NCBI GenBank assembly: GCA_963696385.1
Contig: CAVOKF010000001.1
Location: 320,001-384,000, forward strand
Length of the DNA: 64,000 bases
From: an uncultured delta proteobacterium
GTDB lineage: Bacteria > Myxococcota_A > Polyangia > Polyangiales > Polyangiaceae
Direction of reading: 5' to 3'
A program made the translations under genes and the position numbers. The notes below the pieces were generated by a model, which saw only the letters and a program-made list of their open reading frames with translations, was not told the DNA's origin and did not search any database. Positions 40,533 to 49,799 of this stretch are shown piece by piece; position 1 is the stretch's first letter; each line of letters opens with the position of its first letter.

Positions 40533-41021
40533 CTACGCCTCGACAAGCCGTCGCTGGCGCCGCTTTGGGGCGCTCGCGCTCGGCATCGTGTCCGGTCGTT
40601 CGAGTCCAACGCTGACCTCGAGTCCAAGCGCACGCGCCACCTTCGAAAGCGTCTCGAGACTCGGATTCTCGTCAGGGCTCTCGAGTTTCGCGATCTGTTG
40701 CTGGCTGACGCCAGCGAGCTTTCCGAGCTCAGTCTGTGACAGCCCCGCATCACGTCGCGCCCAACGGATCTGGAGCGCGGCGGCGAGCCCGGGCCGGATG
40801 GTTACGTTCGCGACGGACATGCCCCGAGGCGCGCTCGTGCGCTCAACCGGCCGCGGCGGAACCTTCCCGTCGACGAGATGAGCTTCAAGCCAGCCTTCGA
40901 GCGCCTCACGCGCCACCGCGGCGAGATCTTCGCCGTCCGAGAACGTCTGACACCCGGGACAATCCGGAAACTCGGCCAGCCTGTCCCGGCCGTCCTTCGA
41001 GATGTAGGCGACGTAATGCAT
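40533..41021 (-). CDS. hicB: HicB antitoxin with C-terminal XRE HTH
   Basis: AEFPDCPGCQTF...AREALEGWLE; GLSQTELGKLAGVSQQQIAKLE..NPSLETL. Confidence 0.9.
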   Translation of the reverse strand: MHYVAYISKDGRDRLAEFPDCPGCQTFSDGEDLAAVAREALEGWLEAHLVDGKVPPRPVERTSAPRGMSVANVTIRPGLAAALQIRWARRDAGLSQTELGKLAGVSQQQIAKLESPDENPSLETLSKVARALGLEVSVGLERPDTMPSASAPKRRQRRLVEA

Positions 41022-41028
41022 GGGTTCC

Positions 41029-41216
41029 TCAGGTTAGTTTTACGCCCGACTGCCGCTCGATGCTCTTGAGCGTGCCGATGGGATGTCATTTGCGGGGTGC
41101 TTCACCGTCACGACCCCAGGCTTGCTCTCGTGCTTGAAATGCCGGTGTGACCCCTTCGCGCGCGCGAGCGTCCACCCGTCGGCCTCGATGCGACGGATCA
41201 CCTCGGCCGACCTCAC
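41029..41216 (-). pseudogene. hicA: HicA toxin with a 1-nt frameshift
   Basis: VRSAEVIRRIEADGW..AKGSHRHFKH..PGVVTV.HP.NDIP, then IGTLKSIERQSG in a shifted frame (G run at 41080-41082). Confidence 0.85.
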
Positions 41217-41491
41217 GACCTCACATTACTACTTATCGGTTGTAAGTCACGTCTGTCGGGGTCGAAAGAAAAAGGGCCCGAGGCCGAATCGCCTTCTAGC
41301 CAGAGGATGCCGCCGCGAGCGTTTGGCGTGGGCGCGAACGGAAGGGGATGATGTGGCCGAGGGCTCGGTGATCGGTATCCCCTCGGCGGTCGCCGTGCTT
41401 GAACGGATGCGAGTTCTCTGGCACCGCCGGGTCGGCTTGGCTTGACGCGTCGCTCCCGGCGCGCGATCCGCACATTGGAGTAGTTGCGTAT

Positions 41492-42943
41492 CATACGTTG
41501 GTACTTAGGGATTCGGGATCCGGCGCGCTACGGTGCAAGTGCGAGCGGCTCGAGGCCCATAGCGAGACGTCCGCGCATGCGATCGCGCGCGGGATGGGCG
41601 CGGCGAGCGTTGGAATCGAGGAACTTGAGCGCTTCGGCGAGGGCACGACGCAATTGGCGCGGTGAGTCGAGGAGGCCGCGGAGGACATCGTCGAAGTAAT
41701 GCTTGCCGGACGCGGCGGCTCGCTGGGTCGAAAGCTCCACCCCCAGCGACGCTTCCGCGAAGTGTGCGAGTGAACGCTTCAGAAGGGCTGCGAGCAGGCT
41801 CGCCCATATCATCGCTTTCGCGATAGCGGCCTTGCCCGTATCGAAGACATGAAGGTTGGCGTGGGATTTGAACTCTTTGAACAGGAGTTCCACCTGCCAG
41901 CGGAGGCGATACAAGCCGGCCACGTCGGCGGCGGAGAAGCCGTTGCGAGCGAGGTTGGTGTGCAGGTACACGAACGTCTTGGCGTTGCGCTGGCCGCGCT
42001 TGTAGATCGCTACAATTCGCCCGCGATACACGAATGACTTTGCCTGCCATTCGATGTCGAGATCGACCGTGTGGGCCGGAAGCCGGTCCCAGTTCAACGT
42101 TTGGCAGAGCAACCTGGGGATGGGTTTGCCGGCGCTGTCGAAAGCCGCCCGAATGGTGGGTCGAATCTTTTTGGTGCCGCGGACGATAAAGGCGCCGCCC
42201 GCTTGATCGACGTCGAAAAAGAATTTTTGCTCCTTGTACCCTCGGTCGGCCAGAAAGAGTCGCTCGCGGAGACTCGTGGCCTCGGGACGGTAGGTTCGTT
42301 CCGGCTCCTTGTCGGCCGTCAGAGCGACGATGGGCACATCGTCGTTGAGCACGCTCATGGTGACGTGTAGTTCCACGGCGGCCGGCGAGATTTTCGTAAA
42401 GCGGCCCGGCCATGTGCGCCTCAAGTCGTCCTTGAGCGCGAACGACGTCCCGTCGTGAATGACAATGTCCCGAAAGGTCGACAGTTTGGGGGACACGGCG
42501 TGAAGAACCGGCTGGCTCATCTTCTGTACCGTCGCTTCCAGCAGCATCCGAAACATCTCTGGAAAGGACGTCTTCGCGAGCCGGTTGTGAAAGGGCTTAT
42601 ATCGCAGCGAAATGCCCGCGAATCTCCGGAACGTCCGCAGAATATCGGCCAACCACTTGGCCTGGCCCGACCCGAGCGCGGACAGCACCGCCACGACCAT
42701 CGCCAGCGGCATCACCTTGCGCACGCGCCGTAGCCAGCCGCTACGTCTCGCGATCGCGGTCACCTGCTCCTCGCCGAGTACGTCGGTAAGCCGTTTCGCA
42801 TACACGCCGACTTCGGCGCGTGTACCGTTCGATCCGTGCATCGGGGTCTCCTTTCGCGTGTCCCACAACACCGCGTCTAGAGAATCCCCGATGCCTTTGA
42901 CCTACCCAATTCGTGCACTATGCACGTAAGTGATCTACCTATG
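41492..42943 (-). mobile_element. Complete IS4-family insertion sequence
   Basis: CATA...TATG ends with imperfect IRs (CATACGTTGGTACTTA / CATAGGTAGATCACTTA); flanking 10-bp direct repeat AGTTGCGTAT at 41482-41491 and 42944-42953. Confidence 0.9.
41528..42841 (-). CDS. IS4-family DDE transposase
   Basis: IHDGTSF, LADRGY, YRLRWQVELLFKEFKS (YREK motif). Confidence 0.95.
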   Translation of the reverse strand: MHGSNGTRAEVGVYAKRLTDVLGEEQVTAIARRSGWLRRVRKVMPLAMVVAVLSALGSGQAKWLADILRTFRRFAGISLRYKPFHNRLAKTSFPEMFRMLLEATVQKMSQPVLHAVSPKLSTFRDIVIHDGTSFALKDDLRRTWPGRFTKISPAAVELHVTMSVLNDDVPIVALTADKEPERTYRPEATSLRERLFLADRGYKEQKFFFDVDQAGGAFIVRGTKKIRPTIRAAFDSAGKPIPRLLCQTLNWDRLPAHTVDLDIEWQAKSFVYRGRIVAIYKRGQRNAKTFVYLHTNLARNGFSAADVAGLYRLRWQVELLFKEFKSHANLHVFDTGKAAIAKAMIWASLLAALLKRSLAHFAEASLGVELSTQRAAASGKHYFDDVLRGLLDSPRQLRRALAEALKFLDSNARRAHPARDRMRGRLAMGLEPLALAP

Positions 42944-43004
42944 AGTTGCGTATAGGTCGACTAATGTTGCGATTGTAGCGTTCTATGGCTACCCTGAAGT
43001 TGCC

Positions 43005-43502
43005 ATGGACACCACCGCCGCGCCGCTCGAAGACCTGATCCGTCGGATGACTCCCGTCGCCGCGCCGCCCGATCAGCGCGCCGAGGTCGAGGCGCTGTTC
43101 CGCGGGCTCGACACGATGGCGCACCCGCCGAAGAAGCGCGCGCCCAAGTGCAAGCTCGTCGGGCCGAAGGGCGAGACGCTCGCGATCCCCGAATCTGTCT
43201 TCTACGTGCTCGAGCGCGTAGCTGAGGTCATGGCCCGCGGCGACTCGATCACGGTCGTGCCGGTCGGGCAGCAGCTGACCACGCAGCAGGCCGCCGATCT
43301 TCTGAACGTGTCGCGGCAGTACCTCGTGCGGCTCCTCGACGAGAAGCGGATCCCGTTCACGAAGACGGGCAAGCATCGGCGCCTCCGGATCGAGGACGTT
43401 CTTTCGTTCAAGGAGAACCACGATCGGAACCGGCGCGCCGGGATGCGAGAGCTCTCGCAGCTCACGCAAGAGTTTGGTGGCTACGACGCCGAGGTGAAGT
43501 AG
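43005..43502 (+). CDS. Excisionase-like HTH_17 protein (antitoxin of a PIN system)
   Basis: LTTQQAADLLNVSRQYLVRLLDE.RIPF.KTGKHRRLRIEDVL. Confidence 0.9.
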   Translation: MDTTAAPLEDLIRRMTPVAAPPDQRAEVEALFRGLDTMAHPPKKRAPKCKLVGPKGETLAIPESVFYVLERVAEVMARGDSITVVPVGQQLTTQQAADLLNVSRQYLVRLLDEKRIPFTKTGKHRRLRIEDVLSFKENHDRNRRAGMRELSQLTQEFGGYDAEVK

Positions 43503-43520
43503 AGACTTCATCTCGGCTCG

Positions 43521-43848
43521 ATGGTCCCTGCGCCCTTCGTCGTCGTCCTCGACGCGAACGTCGTCTTCCCGTTCACGCTGCGAGACACGCTCCTCCGTGC
43601 CGCGGCGGCCGGCTTCTACCAGATGCGGTGGACGTCGCGGATCCTCGACGAGATGACGCGGAACCTGGTGAGCACCGGGACAATGCCCCAGGAGCGCGCA
43701 AACCGGCTCCGCGCAATCATTGAGCGCGAGTTCCCGGAGGCCGAGGTGACGGGGTACGAGCACCTGATCGACGCGATGCCGAACAATCCGAAGGATCGGC
43801 ACGTCGCCGCCGCCGCCGTGAAGGCGGGCGCGCAGGTGATCACCACGA
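43521..43848 (+). pseudogene. PIN_3-type toxin, 3'-truncated
   Basis: VVLDANV.FP..LRD.LL...KDRHVAAAAVKAGAQVITT; the following xNLxDF segment is missing. Confidence 0.8.
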
Positions 43849-44260
43849 GCGCGCCGGTGTTGAGAAGGACGGCTCCAAGGGCGTGGCGTACGCGGCCGAC
43901 GGGCCGGCTCGCGTCGAGACCTTTGAGCAGCCGCGTGCCGGGGAGCGCCACCAATTTCGGTTCATCCTGTCCCCGGAAGACGCCGCGGAGCTCGATCTCA
44001 CTGCGTACGTCCGGCGCTTCATGGCTCGGATCGAGCGCGATCTCGATCGCAAGCTCGAATGGTTGGCCGTCAATCACTTCGACACCGACCACCCCCACGC
44101 GCACCTCGTGATCCGCGGCGTCGACCGAAGCGGTCGCGAGCTCCGGCTCGACCGCGGGTACATCTCGAACGGCTTACGCCGGACCGCGCAGGAGATCGCG
44201 ACCGAGGAGCTCGGGCCACGGCATGACCTCGATATCCAGCGGGCGTATGCCCGGCCCCAA
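43849..44260 (+). pseudogene. Internal fragment of a MOBP/VirD2-like (DUF3363-type) relaxase
   Basis: HQFRFILSPED, LEWLAVNHFDTDHPHAHLVIRG, YISNGLR..A.E..T.ELGPR. Confidence 0.85.
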
Positions 44261-44310
44261 CGGAAGAATTCAAAGCACCGGCGCCGTCCACTGCGGAGTG
44301 CTTGACGCTC

Positions 44311-44328
44311 ATGTCTGCTATGATAGAC
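44311..44328. promoter_or_regulatory. ATGTC-N10-GAC motif, copy 1
   Basis: ATGTCTGCTATGATAGAC upstream of the carbonic anhydrase; overlaps an extended -10-like TGCTATGAT. Confidence 0.5.
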
Positions 44329-44468
44329 AAGCGATGCTCGCTGTCGGTGCCCGTCTCGGACGCGCGCCGACGCGATCCGGTCGTGCGCTGCATTGCACTG
44401 CATTTGTCCCAATACCCTAAACGCGGGTCGGGGGCGTCTCCCTGGACCCAACGAACAGGAGGACGATC

Positions 44469-45050
44469 ATGAGCGATATCCGAGACCAGGTCCTGCACGC
44501 GAACGGTTCGTACGTCTCCATCTTCGGCGAAAAGGGCAAGCTGGCGCTGCCGCCCGCCCGGCGATTCGGCATCCTCACGTGCATGGACGGTCGAATCGAT
44601 CCGGCAAAGCTCGCGGGCCTGAAGGAGGGCGACGCGCATGTCGTTCGAAACGCCGGCGGTCGCGCGAGCGACGACGCCATCCGATCCATCGTCATCTCCT
44701 ACAAGCTATTGGGTACGCGCGAGTGGTTCGTCATTCACCACACCAATTGCGGTATGGAGCTCTTCACCGACGAGATCATTCGCGACCTTCTCGCAGCAAG
44801 CTTGAAGACCGCGGCCTACGACGGAAAGAAGTGGAAGGACAGCGGCGAGGGCGCGGGCTCGCGCCAAGGCGACTTCATCGACTGGCTCACGATCAAGAAC
44901 CAGGCCGAGAGCGTCACGACCGATGTCGAGCGGATCCGCAAGCATCCTCTCGTTCCACGCGAAATCCCCCTTTACGGCTTCGTGTATCAGGTCGAAAGCG
45001 GTCGCCTCGTCGAGGTGCCCGAAGCCACCGCGATCGGGCGTCCTTCCTGA
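44469..45050 (+). CDS. Beta-class carbonic anhydrase (clade D-like)
   Basis: [34 protein letters not shown]. Confidence 0.93.
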   Translation: MSDIRDQVLHANGSYVSIFGEKGKLALPPARRFGILTCMDGRIDPAKLAGLKEGDAHVVRNAGGRASDDAIRSIVISYKLLGTREWFVIHHTNCGMELFTDEIIRDLLAASLKTAAYDGKKWKDSGEGAGSRQGDFIDWLTIKNQAESVTTDVERIRKHPLVPREIPLYGFVYQVESGRLVEVPEATAIGRPS

Positions 45051-45404
45051 CTCGCGGGCAACGCCGTGCTTCGGCCTGCCGGGTGCGGAGGGTTGCCGAA
45101 CCCTGGGTTCGGTTGGGCTGCCGACCTCCGCCCGACGCGGGCCGCGCTCCACCTCAGAATGTTTTCTGAACGTTGCCCTTGCAGCGGGAGTCTTCCGTCC
45201 GCAGCTTGCGGGTAGGCGCCGCATGTGGACGGCGCGACTCGAGCCTCGGATGAATTCGCCCAGGAAGCGAAACGGCTTGGACCGCAACGATGAAACCATG
45301 AGGGGCTGTTGGTGTCGGAGCGCGTTCACGTTGGACCGGAGGCGATCGGCACCCCTCTGCGGGGCCCCGCGGCCATCACGTCATTCCTAAGTGCCAAAGC
45401 GAAG

Positions 45405-45974
45405 ATGCGACCGTCTGCCACCGGACTCTCGAGCGCAAGCTCGCCGTCGTTGCTTGCAACGCCTCCGCTGCATGACCCTCCGAGGACCGGCGAAGAAGCC
45501 CCGAAGATTTTGGAAAATGACGTCGACCACGTGCTTGCCTCGTGGCGTCACATCGCCATAGCTTTTTGGCGCCGCGAGACGAGACCGGACGCGATCGAGC
45601 GACTGGGCCTGGCCCTGCGTGCCCTGCAAGACGCCACGGGTCACGCGCCGGGGCTCTTCATGGTGATCGGTGAAAGCGCTCCTCTGCCGTCCGCCGAGGC
45701 GCGCGCGCTGAGCGCAACGGTACTCCGCAGGTTGCCGCTCGCGTTTTCCGTCGTGACCTTCGAGGGCGCCGGCTTCCGAGCCGCGGCGGTCCGCGCGGTC
45801 GTTGCGGGTATTTCGCTGCTTGCGAAGGTTCCGTATCCATACAAATCATTCGCCAGCATCGAAGATGCGTCGACGTGGGTCGCGATGCGCACACGGGCGG
45901 ACGGCGAAGCCTCGGTGCCGGCGAAGGCTCTCATGGTCGCTGTACACGGCGCCCAGGGGGCCCGCGCAGGCTAA
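45405..45974 (+). CDS. STAS/SpoIIAA-like hypothetical protein
   Basis: LPSAEAR, FEGAGFRAAAVRAVV, FASIEDASTWV pattern; start uncertain. Confidence 0.6.
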   Translation: MRPSATGLSSASSPSLLATPPLHDPPRTGEEAPKILENDVDHVLASWRHIAIAFWRRETRPDAIERLGLALRALQDATGHAPGLFMVIGESAPLPSAEARALSATVLRRLPLAFSVVTFEGAGFRAAAVRAVVAGISLLAKVPYPYKSFASIEDASTWVAMRTRADGEASVPAKALMVAVHGAQGARAG

Positions 45975-46124
45975 CCGAAGCGGCCGAACCGTTGGGCCGG
46001 CGCCCTGCCGGGTCTCGCGCCGTGCCCAGTGCGAGCCCTCGCCTTGTATCTGACCTCGGCGCAGGGGTGAGTTCGACGCCTTTGCCGACGAGTCGATGCT
46101 TTGCGCGGACGACGTGCGCATCGA

Positions 46125-46448
46125 ATGCCCGTCCCGATGGTCGATCCCCGTAGCATGCCCACACAAGCCGGTAGAACCTCGCCCCACACTTTGCGTTTCT
46201 TCTCGCTTCCCTCGCGCGACCCCGGCGTCGACCGGGCCCGGTACGCCGTCGACCTTGCGCTCCATTGCCTAGGCGGCATCGAGCCGGCAACGGAGATTCG
46301 TGACCTGGTCGCCCAGGCCGAACTGCTGAGAGACGAAATCAGCAGTTGGACCGCACACCCACCGTCTTCTGAAACGCGGGAGGCCGTTATGTGCGGCGCT
46401 CTGTCGATTCAAGTCGCCGCGCTGAGCCTTCTCGGCAAAGGCCGCTGA
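46125..46448 (+). CDS. Hypothetical protein
   Basis: Helical ORF with coding-like composition; start uncertain. Confidence 0.4.
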   Translation: MPVPMVDPRSMPTQAGRTSPHTLRFFSLPSRDPGVDRARYAVDLALHCLGGIEPATEIRDLVAQAELLRDEISSWTAHPPSSETREAVMCGALSIQVAALSLLGKGR

Positions 46449-46594
46449 GCGCCGCTCGACGCCAACCAGGCCCGCAGCCGTACCGTGTCGCCGGGACACG
46501 TCGTTCGCGGCAAGAGATGGGGCAAGGCCGACGCCGACGGAACCGGGATCGGCCCGGGACGCCGGAGATCGACCTTGTCCGAGCGTCTGCGCGT

Positions 46595-48218
46595 TTACTG
46601 CGTTACGGCGGTGACGGGCGAACGGCCGATCTCGTGGCCGAATCGGTCTTTCGCGACGACGCGAACGAATTTCGGATCGCCCTCGAGCGGGATGGCGGTG
46701 TCAAGACCGTCCCACGTCGAGGATGCCAGCAGGCGAGGGTCGCCGGAGGCGCCGTCGCCGCTGCCGATGACGTCCCAGCGCGCGACTTCGGTCGCGCCGT
46801 TCCAGATCGCGTGCACGGTGGTCGTGCCGCCGGCCGCCTGGGCCGTGGCCGTCGGCAACGTGTCCGGCTTTCCGACCCACTCGAATCGATACGCGCGGTA
46901 GGAGTCGAAGCCCGCCGCGAGACTCGCGTCGAAGAGGAGATTGCCTTCGAAGTCGAACTCGGAGAACCGCGGGACGGCGCCCCAGCCGACAAACGTGTCG
47001 CCGTTGTCCAGAGCCTGACTGCCGCCCTGAGAGGCGGCTGACAGATGGTCGGAATGGACGAACGATCGCACGAGTGTCGCCGTCTTGGTCGCGTCGTCTC
47101 GCCGCACCCAGATGACGCGCGAGTAGGGCAGAACGGGCGTACCGTTCGATTCGTTGTCGAAGATTCGAATCGTGTCCCGATCGACAGCAGTCGGGTTGTG
47201 CTGCCAGGCGAAGGCCACGTTCGGTCCGAGCGTGAAGTCGCTCGCTTTGCCGCCGAGACGCCAGATGACATCGCCCGTGTGTCGATTGAGCTTGTAAACC
47301 GTCCACGTGTGCCGCGACGAAATCAGCAAGTTGCCGTCCTCGTCGGGGCTTACGGCGTTGATATGAAAGTAGTCGTACGGGGTCGTGGCCAAGGCAGGGA
47401 CCGGTTCGTAGCTGTCGACCAGCGGCACGTGGTCGAGGCTGTGCCACTCGAACAGGACCTGTCCGCTCGCAATGTCGATTTCCTGGACGATCCCGTCGAT
47501 GACCAGTCCGCTGGTCGAACCCCCGACCGACGACAGGTCACGGGTCACGGCGTCGTATACGGTGATGAGCGCCGTCCCCTCCGGCGTCAGTCTGAACTCG
47601 TGCTGGTCGGCGTCGAGCCCATGGCCAGCCGTGACCGTCGCGATGACGTTGTAGCGGTTATTGAGGATGTAATCGGTGGTCAGGCCCTGAGCGAGACCGC
47701 CGAACCCTTTGCCCTGCGACCAGGTGAGAACCGGCTCGCCCCGGTAGCTTTGAACCCGAAAGTCCGCGGCGGCCTGCCCGTTCGTGATGGGCAAAAACCA
47801 TACAGGGCGGCCCTGGTCGTCGAGGATCTCAGGCCCCTCTTGACCGGCCGGTGCGGCCGGACTTCAGCGGCGCCTTTAAAGTGATCCACTTCCGGGCGTT
47901 CTCGTGATCCACGTCATGGTCCCAGCGCAACGCCGGCGGCGGCGGGCGGGCCCGCGTCCGCGCCGCCGCTCGGTATCGCCAGCGAGGCGGTACTGATCGG
48001 CGCAATGAAGATCAGCCCATGAGCCGCTCGGGGGCTGGACTGAAGGACCGTGATCGGCGGGGGATTGATCGGGACTGGAGCCGCGGTCGGGACCGGAGCC
48101 GCGGTGGACGACGCAGCGCTCGAAGAATCCGCGCGGGCCAACACGCTGAGCAGGCCGAGCGCAACAAGCCCTGCACCGCCAACGTGGGCATTCGAAACGA
48201 CCTATGGAAAGACGTCAT
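46595..48218 (-). pseudogene. Arylsulfotransferase (ASST) family gene, disrupted near the 5' end
   Basis: GPEILDDQGRPVW, DQHEF, YDYFHINAV, SSRH, WQH, FDN motifs. Signal and linker lie in other frames (48012..48218, 47914..48144), with a stop and an insert at about 47860-47916. Confidence 0.85.
47864..47912 (+). mobile_element. Solo IS21-like terminal repeat inside the ASST gene
   Basis: TCAGCGGCGCCTTTAAAGTGATCCAC..GTGATCCAC: an internally repeated motif typical of IS21-family ends. Confidence 0.55.
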
Positions 48219-48317
48219 GACTGGGAACCTCCTCGTGGGAACGTTTCCCGAACCGCGACGCCGCAGCGTTCTTTTTGCGACGCCGTAGCTAGGAACAGTG
48301 GGGGCGGCGCCGGCGGG

Positions 48318-49712
48318 TCATGTCGATCCCAAGGACGAAGGCGATGCGCCGGAGTGGTGGACAGGGGCGCTGCGCGCCTTCGGCGTTTGAGAAAACTGAT
48401 TGGCCGGACGCTTGAGGCCCAGGTGATCGCGCAACGTTTTTCCCTCGTACTCGGTGCGGAAAATGCCCCGCTTCTGCAGATGCGGAACGACCCGATTGAT
48501 GAAGTGCTCCAGCGAGTCCGGGATGAACGACGGCTTCATGTTGAAGCCGTCGGCACCCTCGTGGACGAACCAGTCTTCGAGCTGGTCGGCGATGTCCACC
48601 GGCGTTCCCACGACGATGCGGTGTCCCTGCACGGCCGAGAAGCGCAAAATGAGCTCCCGGATGCTGAGGTTTTCGCGTTGGGCAAGCGCGATGGCCTGGC
48701 GCCAACGGCCCTTTCCGTTAACCGGCTCGGGCAGATCGGTCGGCATGGGACCGTCCAGCGGATACTTGGAAACATCGACACCGAAGAATTGCTTCGATCC
48801 CGATACGTCGACGGCGTCCCGGTACGATTCGTACTTCTCTTGCGCTTCCTGCCGCGACGAACCGATGTGGAAGAACAAGCCGGGAGTGACCTTGAGGTCG
48901 TCGGGGTCGCGACCGTATTTGGCCAGACGTCCCTTCACGTCGCGGTAAAACGATTGCGCCTCTTCGAGCGTTTGTGCAGCCGCGTAAATCACCTCGGCGT
49001 ACTGGGCCGCGAACTCGCGTCCGGCATCGGAATTGCCGGCCTGAAAGAAAACCGGGTACCCCTGGATCGGCCGTGCGATATCGAGGAGCGCGTCCACCGA
49101 AAAGTGCTTGCCGTGGTGATGAAGGGGGTGAGAGCTCTTGGGGTCGAAGAAGATGCCCGTTTCCTTGTTTGGACGATCGAACGCTCCGTCGTCCCAGCTG
49201 TCCCACAGCTTCTTCGTCACGTCGACGAACTCTCCCGCGCGCTCGTAGCGCCCGTCGTGGTCGAGGCCGTCCCGGACTCCGAAGGATTGCGCCGCTCCTT
49301 CCGAGAGCGACGAGACGATGTTCCAGCCCGATCGGCCCGCCGTGAGGTGATCGAGCGAAGCGAGGCGCCGTGCCACGTTGTACGGCTCATTGAAATTGGT
49401 GTTGATGGTCGCCACGAGGCCGATGCGATTCGTGATTCCGGCAAGAGCGGCCACCAAGGAGGTCGGTTCGAAATGGCCGCCGTGCGGCCTGCCGCCCACG
49501 CCACGGATCTCGGCGCCGCCCTGAGCCACGAAATCCGCGAAGAACGCGAAATCAAATTTTCCGCGCTCGAGCAGCTTGACGATGCTCGCCCACTCCTCGA
49601 ATTGGGGATTGCCACCGGCGTGGACCTCCGGCCGGCGCCAGGCGTGCCCGTGGGTACCAAATTGCTGCACGAAGACCGACAGTGACAGCTGACGCTTCTT
49701 CTTCTGGCTCAT
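48318..49712 (-). CDS. LLM-class FMNH2-dependent monooxygenase (NtaA/SnaA/DszA family)
   Basis: ERGKFDFAFFAD, EPYNVARRLASLDHL..GRSGWNIV, QAGNSDAGREFAA, VVPHLQKRG.FR.EYEG.TLR. Confidence 0.95.
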   Translation of the reverse strand: MSQKKKRQLSLSVFVQQFGTHGHAWRRPEVHAGGNPQFEEWASIVKLLERGKFDFAFFADFVAQGGAEIRGVGGRPHGGHFEPTSLVAALAGITNRIGLVATINTNFNEPYNVARRLASLDHLTAGRSGWNIVSSLSEGAAQSFGVRDGLDHDGRYERAGEFVDVTKKLWDSWDDGAFDRPNKETGIFFDPKSSHPLHHHGKHFSVDALLDIARPIQGYPVFFQAGNSDAGREFAAQYAEVIYAAAQTLEEAQSFYRDVKGRLAKYGRDPDDLKVTPGLFFHIGSSRQEAQEKYESYRDAVDVSGSKQFFGVDVSKYPLDGPMPTDLPEPVNGKGRWRQAIALAQRENLSIRELILRFSAVQGHRIVVGTPVDIADQLEDWFVHEGADGFNMKPSFIPDSLEHFINRVVPHLQKRGIFRTEYEGKTLRDHLGLKRPANQFSQTPKARSAPVHHSGASPSSLGST

Positions 49713-49799
49713 GACGCTTCCTCGCGATTTCTTCCTGCAACGATCGCTCGAGCCGGTCGACTTTCGACCGGACTCGAGCGATCCCGAAAGTGAAGCCGA

